From positions 86,862,001-86,926,000 of the forward strand of contig OZ024746.1 in the NCBI GenBank assembly GCA_964016885.1: a stretch of 64,000 nucleotides of DNA. The letters run 5' to 3'. Made by a program: the position numbers and the translations under genes. Each line of letters opens with the position of its first letter. The stretch's first letter is position 1. The notes beneath the pieces are model-generated. The model was given only the letters and a program-made list of their open reading frames with translations. It was not told where the DNA came from and did not search any database. This document shows positions 54,700 to 64,000 of the stretch, in pieces. The DNA comes from Eledone cirrhosa. Its lineage: Eukaryota.

Positions 54700-55920
54700 A
54701 ATGCCAGTTAAAGAGAACACTGTATGTAATGAAGCCAGTGTAATTACATTCAAAATATAACATCACTTTAAAAGAGTAACACCTAGTAAGTGAGAAGATA
54801 ACTGTCTCTTATCTTATGAGATTCAAAATGACTTTATCAACGTTATCAGAAGAAAATGTGAGAAAGAAAATGGTTAACTAAGGAAAACTGGCTAAATAGT
54901 TTTCAATGAATATTGATAGCACACAGGCTACATCTAACCCGAAACAATTCATTGCATCGTTTAGTTACCTTTTGTTTGAACGATCTATCTAGAGTATGGC
55001 ACACGTATTCGCTGATTTCATAGAAATAAAATAGAAGATGCTAGAGTATATTCGAAATAAGGTTTTAAAGAAACGTATGAAGCAGTTGATTGATATTGCC
55101 AATTGTAGAAATCATGTAGAAACCAGTGCAGCTGTGATGCTTGAAAAGTACACTGGAGTTCTGTAGAGCATAAAGGACATTTATCCAAGAGCTCAACACT
55201 AGGAAACTTTGCTGTGGTGTTCTTCAGATTAAGACAAACACTAAAAATCAGTATAGGTTGTAATAGGTTACTTTGTTAGATCCCGGTCTTCAATGTGAAA
55301 ATCTTTCTCACTCTTCCATCATGGATAACTCTATGGGGCATTCCTTCAAATGACCTGCATTTTATAGAGAGTTAGTAGTTGTTACCGGTTGAATCATTTG
55401 TTTTTGATCTGAAGAGGAGGGCCAGCAATTGTAGTACAGATTTGGTACAGCTGGATACAGTCGGGATAACGATATGTGTTTGTTAGGAGAGTTGAAATCT
55501 AGCGATTATACCGACATTGGCAGCTCAAATTTAGGTAGGAGAATGGAAGATGAAGTGTTCTTGATGTTTCATATACAGAATAGCTGGCTTATTCTGGTAG
55601 AACGATCGAACACGCATATTACACATTCCTAGCTCATGTACCATAAAATGATATAACATCATTGATATAAAAAGGAACATAAATGCTGGGGAATTGATGT
55701 TAGCCGTTAGTTTACAGCTGCGAATTCTATTCTACACAACAGAAAAGCTGCTTAAAATGAATCAGGGGCATGTATCCAGATATATTCGTTGCATCAGTAA
55801 TTACCACGTAGATAATTGTGAATTAGAAAGAAGGATTAGATTAGGATTATGAAAACAGGGTTAGATAATGCTGACATTTCATCACTTGCTTTATAAATGC
55901 TATACCAGGAGACTTTTATG
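54700..55920 (+). mobile_element. Very old L2/CR1-like LINE RT relic
   Basis: Remnants RAQH*ETLL, VTLLD, GIPSNDL, YTD..QL in RT order; heavily broken. Confidence 0.4.
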
Positions 55921-56569
55921 CAGGGCGGAGGGGAGTATATTTCTATATAAGGAAACCATTATGTGAATAAATATACTCTCAACGCATATGAGAAAATTAT
56001 ATTATCTTCGTATTTGATACAATAGAAACCGTATTTCAAACATTATAAGGTTTATGAATACAATCAAAACCAACTCTAAATTAATGGAACCAATATGCAT
56101 AACATAGTAATTGATAATAGAGCGATATTATTATTTATATAGTGATATAATTTAGTATATTTCGGATTTCTCATAGCGCAATAATTAACAGAAGCTGATG
56201 CATTTTATTTGAAATCCGTACACTGTGATATTTCTTATTACATAGAGTCTTCAAAGCATCGGTGCCACTAAAATGAAAATAAAAGACATAATCTACTTTT
56301 TCCAAACAAATACATTGCAGGCTATAACTACTTTATATGCTTCTAACTAACATTCGCATGAAATTGTATGCAATATATGAGAGAGAAAATCCAAACAAAA
56401 CAAAACGAATCACAAGGATATCAAAAGCCCCCAGTTGCCTACGCTTATTTGAACATAGCATATATGAAGTAATAGTTTGTAGCATTAATATGAAAGAAAT
56501 TGGCGAAAGCTTGCTATTCAAACATACACATTTAAACACAGACTCATACACTCATAGATAAAATATGTA

Positions 56570-57740
<1,171 letters not shown>

Positions 57741-58127
57741 AATTTAACTATATATGTGTGTGTGCATGCGTGTGCTTAAATTACATATACGTGAATTTCA
57801 TACATATACATGCAGTTATATTACCAGGCGTACACATATACATAAAAAAATATAATTAACACAAACACAAGCAGTGTCAGAAAAATGCCCTAAAGCATAT
57901 ATACCTAAATATATATTTACAAAATGAGGATGAGGAAATGAGAGATGAAGAGAAAGAGAAAAAGGAGAGAGAGACAAATAGGTAAAGAATCTTATATCTT
58001 TTATTCAACAACAATTTTTTTTAAATTTAAAATTTGTATTGCATTTTTTAATGAGAATCATAAATGCATAATATAACCATCCAATAACAATTGTTCGATT
58101 TCTGAGAAATAATAAGATGAAAAGATG

Positions 58128-58193
<66 letters not shown>

Positions 58194-58232
58194 GCATGTA
58201 TATATTTATATACATATATATGTAAGTATAAT

Positions 58233-58355
<123 letters not shown>

Positions 58356-58383
58356 GCACACACACATATATATACATATATAT

Positions 58384-58456
<73 letters not shown>

Positions 58457-58800
58457 CGTGTATATATATATATAATGTCAACAGCTTCCGAACAATAGAT
58501 AAAGGAAAAAGAGCGTATTGAATGTTAAATACAGAGATAGGTATATCATTATAAATATATTCTTAACACATTTGCATGCTACCTAAGATTACAAAGCCTA
58601 CATTAGCATAAGTCTTAAAGGCATTCGCTAGAGTACGCCTTGAATCTTTAGGTAGTTTGCAATTGTGCCGAGAGTTTGTTTAATAATACATAACTCTATA
58701 TGTATATATATATATATATCAGTTAAAACAATGAAATAAAAAATCAAATCATTCGAGATATACTTCACTGCTTTAAGATCGTTTCTAGATGATGATAATA

Positions 58801-58840
<40 letters not shown>

Positions 58841-58850
58841 CTTAATTTAA

Positions 58851-58895
58851 TTTGGTGCGTTATGGTCCACCTGGTTCCTTACCACATATCCTTCG

Positions 58896-58963
<68 letters not shown>

Positions 58964-59100
58964 CGAAAGGAAATGTGGTACGGAATCAGATGGATGATAA
59001 CGCACCAAAGTACTCAATACTTAGGGTAGTAGAGTGGGTAATAGGAATGAGTGGGACCCCGACGGATGAGCTCAAGCCGTTTCGACGGCTAATTCTAGTC
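58851..59100. mobile_element. Two family-B tails facing each other across (TA)n
   Basis: Plus tail 58851-58896, (TA)n, minus copy 58962-59100 reaching into HHR stem II. Confidence 0.85.
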
Positions 59101-59364
59101 CCGAAACTAATACGAAATGTTAATTCAGATCCCGAAAATGAATACTAATACGATATATAAGAGTGCCGCTACAATACATAAATTCTAATGCAAACTACAT
59201 AAATGCTCGTACGATATATAAGAAAAAATTAATACGAAAAATTAATTCAGAATAAATTAAATTAAGCGATATAAAAGACACAGAAGCGAAAACCAACCAA
59301 ACTGAGTGTGTTCTGTTATTAATTCTGGCAATATTATTACACAAATATGACCCTCCCCAAGTAT

Positions 59365-59453
<89 letters not shown>

Positions 59454-59471
59454 CATGTATATATATATATA

Positions 59472-59960
59472 TGGTAACCATGTAACCCAGTACAACCTGT
59501 CTCATGGTCGGGTCGTTGGCGACTAAACTGGCAACCCCACCAAGGTTTCTTGGTGAGGAGGGTGGCTTTGGACATCCTGCAGGACTAAAAACAAAACCTG
59601 TCAAAGGGCAAAGGAGCTCTTAAGAGTCAATGGCCATCCAAAATCACCGGGAGAGCTGACCCCTTAGCCTTTGTCAAGGCAGAATTCTAGGAGAAGGAAA
59701 ACTCTGATATAACACCTGCAACCCTGATGGTATCCAATGATGTTGACTTGTTCTTCTTTTTGGTAAATATCATCTTGGTTAAGAGAGTGGGACTGGCTTT
59801 GTGCAATGCCTTTGCTCACTATAAAAGCTTCACGGCACAGGCATTGCTTTATATCTGGAGATCTCTCTGCACTTGTCCTCACATGGTACCATGGGCCCAG
59901 CACTATGTGTCAATAATTGTCACAAGTGTAGTGTTTGTACCAGAGTTTTCAAGTCGCTGG
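59472..59960. mobile_element. Probable RTE-type LINE 5' UTR plus inverted internal fragment
   Basis: GC-richer segment with ctaggagaaggaaaactctga, resembling RTE-type 5' UTRs (from recall); unverified. Confidence 0.4.
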
Positions 59961-60082
59961 CTGGACTAAAAAGTCACAATCGTTCAGCGCATCGGTAGGG
60001 GTTCTCCTACATGGATATAAAGTAGTGGCCGTACTCGAAAACGAGTTGGCAGCCACCATATATATATATATATATATATATA

Positions 60083-61508
60083 TACTAACTGAGGTACCCT
60101 GCTTCGCCAAGGTTAACAAATGATAAAAGAAGACCGGCAGATTGAAACGTCTGTATTGAATGCATTGTCTTATTTACAGTGTGTGTGTATTGTGTGTGTC
60201 TGTGTGTATGTTTGTGTGTGTTTGTGTCTAGATATGTGTGTGTGTGTGTGGAGGTGTTCGTGTGTGTATATATATATATATATGCGTGTGTGTGTGTTTA
60301 TATATATATGTGTGTTTGTGAGCCTGTGTGAGTGTTCGTGTGTGTGTGCGGGTACGTGTGTCGCGTGTGTGTGTAAACCACTGTTGGAATAAGCGACATA
60401 GGCCGCGAAACACGACCATCTGATAACGAACTCGCAGAGAGAATCCCTTATGCTTGATTGCCAACCTGCTAGAAATAGGAGTCAGATTGGTTAGATAAGT
60501 GGTATGTCTTTCTTCTTCTTTGGTGTTATAAAATTAGTATCAATAAACTTTCCTGGATAAACTCTTATCCCAATCCTGTAGATACTTTCCGATTGTCACT
60601 TTTCGTCTTTTTTGTGTGATACGCGAAGGAACCAACCAACAAAAACATCTCTCTTTTATATCTCTTTTATTTGTTTATTCAAAATATTTTTCACCTAATT
60701 CTGCATACTATATACATCAGCAATCGTTATCAAATGTTTAAAACATATGAATAGCTGCGATATATGCACCATATCAATTAAAAACGATATGAGAATTGAA
60801 TACCATACTAAAGCTCCAGTAAGCTTGCTAAGAACCTGCAGAGAGAAATGTTAATAAATACAACATTTGGCTTGGGTAAACTTTAAGATGTTCTTTCATT
60901 GTAGGTTTCTTTTCTCAGCCAGCACGTTAAAGAAAATTGATAGTTACAAAAATAAAGGTTGAACAGAGAATACATTTTTTAACAAACTTTACAATAATTT
61001 GTACAACCATAATTGAAAATAAATAAATTACATTGTCAGAGCCACAGAGTATACAATATTTTTTTGTTCGGCCTTCGGGAACAAAGATGAAGAGATTGTT
61101 TGGCGAGCTCACCCTCGAGCACCCTACATACAATTGACCATGGTTTTCCCAGATGAAGGCCAGCCACTTTTAAGGTTTGACCCTGAGCTTTGTTGATGCT
61201 TAGTCTCTCTGTTGATCTAGTAACATTTTTTCTTCTGGAAAATCTGATCTTGCGGCCAGGCTAGGACTTTTTGGGTGAAAATATCGGCAGTAACAATGCC
61301 TATAAGCCGTCTGGGTTTTCGTGAAATAAATATGTTTGTTATAACATTTTTTCTTCTGGAAAATCTGATCTTGCGGCCAAGCTAGGACTTTTTGGGTGGC
61401 ATATCGGCAGTAACAATGACGATAAGCCGTCTGACCATTCGTGAAATAAATAGGTTTGTTTATATTTTGTTTTTGTGCATGCAAAATTATCTGTACACGA
61501 ATATATAA

Positions 61509-61581
<73 letters not shown>

Positions 61582-61954
61582 AGTAATAGATTAAAGTTAA
61601 AGCATAGAATCGCTGCTTTCACCCTTAACGGGATCTTTTGAAACTAAAAAAAATCAATCTGTGAACGCAGAAGTAAATATTTCGAAAAACGTTGCAACCG
61701 AAAGAAAAAAGGAAGATGATACTTTGGTTCGTGAAGATGTTAGGAATGTCGTATAACTGGAAGTGTTGACATTTGAAAATTTTAAAGAAGTGAAAATTTA
61801 AATAATGTCTTTAATCTTTTAACAAATTTCAGTAGACGAAAATATCCTCACATTTTTTCTTAGAAAATGTTACATCTATGGTGCAAATTTGGTGGTGTTT
61901 GGGCCAGCCGCTTGGCGGAAAGTTTGTTACCTACATACGGCCGCCAGCTTTATA

Positions 61955-61955
<1 letters not shown>
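60083..61955. mobile_element. Non-autonomous Helitron/Helentron-type element(s) with helicase fragment (61040-61200, minus) and internal ~121-bp tandem duplication (61221-61460)
   Basis: INKAQGQTLKVAGLHL...QLYVGCSRVSSPNNLFIFVPEGRTK; termini tactaactgaggtaccctgcttcgcc and gtgcaaatttggt...gctttatagtatata. Confidence 0.7.
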
Positions 61956-62044
<89 letters not shown>

Positions 62045-62399
62045 GTAATAAATGAAAGATAGATACATTACAACATCTCTATTTATTTTGTTATGTACAT
62101 TTCGAAGATGTAAAGTTTTGCCGATCAGCATATCATATAAAACTTCACATATTCGAAATATATATAATGAAATAAATAGAGATGATATAAAGTATATATC
62201 TTTCGTTTATTACTATTATTATTATAATAATACTCTGGATAAATGTATACCGCATGAGTTATATATATGAATCAGTTGATTACAAATCAAATAACTTTTT
62301 TTTATTGATTCATATATATATATATATATATAATATTAATAATAATAAAGTATAAGTCAACAGATTAGAATTTACCTCATTTATTCATTATACAATTGC

Positions 62400-62460
62400 T
62401 ATATTATATATATATTTCGATGGTATCTGGTATGCAATAGTTATGACCTCATCAGTCTGT
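62400..62460 (-). ncRNA. Decayed HHR related to 44233-44288 (core intact, stem I lost)
   Basis: Minus strand: CTGATGA ggtcata...accatc GAAA tatat ATA; flanks share ataagtcaa and tttatt with the 44.2-kb copy. Confidence 0.5.
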
Positions 62461-62797
62461 TATTAGTTGAACAGGGTGCCTAAGGAAGCTAGCGTTCACG
62501 GGTGCAGTTCCAGGCTTGTTGTCCCCGTCATGAATATGTTGGATTCTTCCAGATGCCATAAGAATTCCATTAGGCACACAGTGGAGCTCAGCACGTAACC
62601 CAGCGCATAGCTAGCATCAATAGTAATAGGTTAAGGCGATTAAAATCAATAGGGAAACTCAAAGCAGGTTTTGTTTACAAACGGCTAGCAAATTTAAAAA
62701 TTAGGTAGTAGTATGTGCGTACGCCACATCTGACTAAATAGAATTAGGCTGTTAGTTGGGATTTAAAAAAAAACTATGAATTGAAAAAAAAGGATGC

Positions 62798-62904
62798 GTA
62801 TTGACGTACACGGGACACGAACCTACATCTTTGGTTTGCCGGACCAATGTGTTACCATTACACAAAAACCCCACCCCTGCTTCCTTCCATTCAATTAGAA
62901 GCTA
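62798..62904 (-). pseudogene. tRNA-like sequence of the same family as the 23-kb tandem unit
   Basis: Minus strand: tagcttctaattgaatggaa...gtgtaatggtaacacattggtccggcaaaccaaagatgtaggttcgtgtcccgtgtacgtcaatac. Confidence 0.75.
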
Positions 62905-62974
62905 TAAAATTATAACAGGTATTCATATATATTATATTATATTATATTATATTATATTATATTATATATATATT

Positions 62975-63245
62975 AATGTAATCTGAGTTTTTCGAATATT
63001 AATAATAACATTCGATTCGTTTGCAATTATGCAATCAAGACTCAATTTTATAGCCATGACAGTAGAATGAACACTTCCTTCTTGCTCTTGTATTGGCATT
63101 AGTGTCTGCAGTTCTGTTCGCATGCCAACAGAGAACAAGAAGGAAGTGTTCTTTCTACTGTCATGGCTATAAAATTGAGGCTCGTTTGCATAATTGCTAA
63201 CGAATCGAATGTTATTATTAATATTCGAAAAACTCAGATTACATT
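62975..63245. repeat. Imperfect palindrome, ~124-bp arms
   Basis: aatgtaatctgagtttttcg...ttggcat / atgccaac...cgaaaaactcagattacatt. Confidence 0.9.
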
Positions 63246-63651
63246 TATTGTATTCGGCCATGTAGAGCGAAATTTTCTTTTATGTATATATATATATATA
63301 TATATATATACAATTACAGTGTTTATTACTACATATATTACTATATAATGCTCAGTATTTATACTGAGCATTATATATATATATATATATATATATATCT
63401 ATATATATATATATTTAAAATAGAGGGAACATAGGGAGAGACAAAAAACAAATACATAGGAATGTGGGCAGACCCATCTTCTCAGTGTGTGTGATAGGTA
63501 ATTCCGAAGGAAAAACAAATGAAGGAGTGCTCTGTGTATAGAACAGAGCTATTTAATGGAGTAGTTATATTTTGTGTTGTTCACTGTCTAACTATATATA
63601 TAAATGAAATAACAGAAGGCTGGACTGGTGTAAATCCTTGAAAGGTTTATT

Positions 63652-63709
63652 ATACTATGATCATTTCAATGACCGGGTTCCATATGAATCTGGTGATATC
63701 ATCAGGTAT
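63652..63709 (-). ncRNA. Canonical hammerhead ribozyme, family D
   Basis: Minus strand: atac CTGATGA tatc-accagattc..gaacccggt-catt GAAA tgatc ATA gtat; element spans ~63600-63762 between TA tracts. Confidence 0.8.
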
Positions 63710-63763
63710 TTGAATATAACAAAGGAATAAGTTCTATCCAGTGGTGAACCAACAAACCTTAAG

Positions 63764-63918
<155 letters not shown>

Positions 63919-64000
63919 AAAATTTTGTATATCTAACGATATACGGTACGTTTTATAAATAAAAATTTTGAAAGCCTCAGCTGTCGGCCTTCTATTCATA

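Noticed and set aside
59472-59730. HDV-like ribozyme in the putative RTE 5' UTR (also considered at 43805-43850)
   Set aside because: Could not assemble the nested double pseudoknot by eye; needs a motif search

Overview
AT-rich, repeat-saturated animal DNA (intergenic or deep intronic), very probably from an octopod cephalopod judging by its tRNA-derived SINE families and huge (TA)n/(CA)n load. No intact host protein-coding gene can be supported. The long ORFs in the track are microsatellite translations or decayed transposon fragments: Penelope-like GIY-YIG retroelements (PLEs), R4/Dong- and CRE-type REL retrotransposons, RTE and L2/CR1-like LINEs, a gag-like ORF1, mariner and Helitron helicase. 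The main hidden signal, found by manual folding, is about 18 minimal type-I hammerhead ribozyme (HHR) motifs from roughly 13 unrelated short element families. Most point their 3' tails into (TA)n microsatellites and are arranged as tandem monomers (retrozyme-like, 439 and 482 nt) or as fold-back/inverted pairs, next to relics of autonomous PLEs. All ribozyme calls come from reading base pairing by eye. Activity, expression and genome-wide copy number were not tested.
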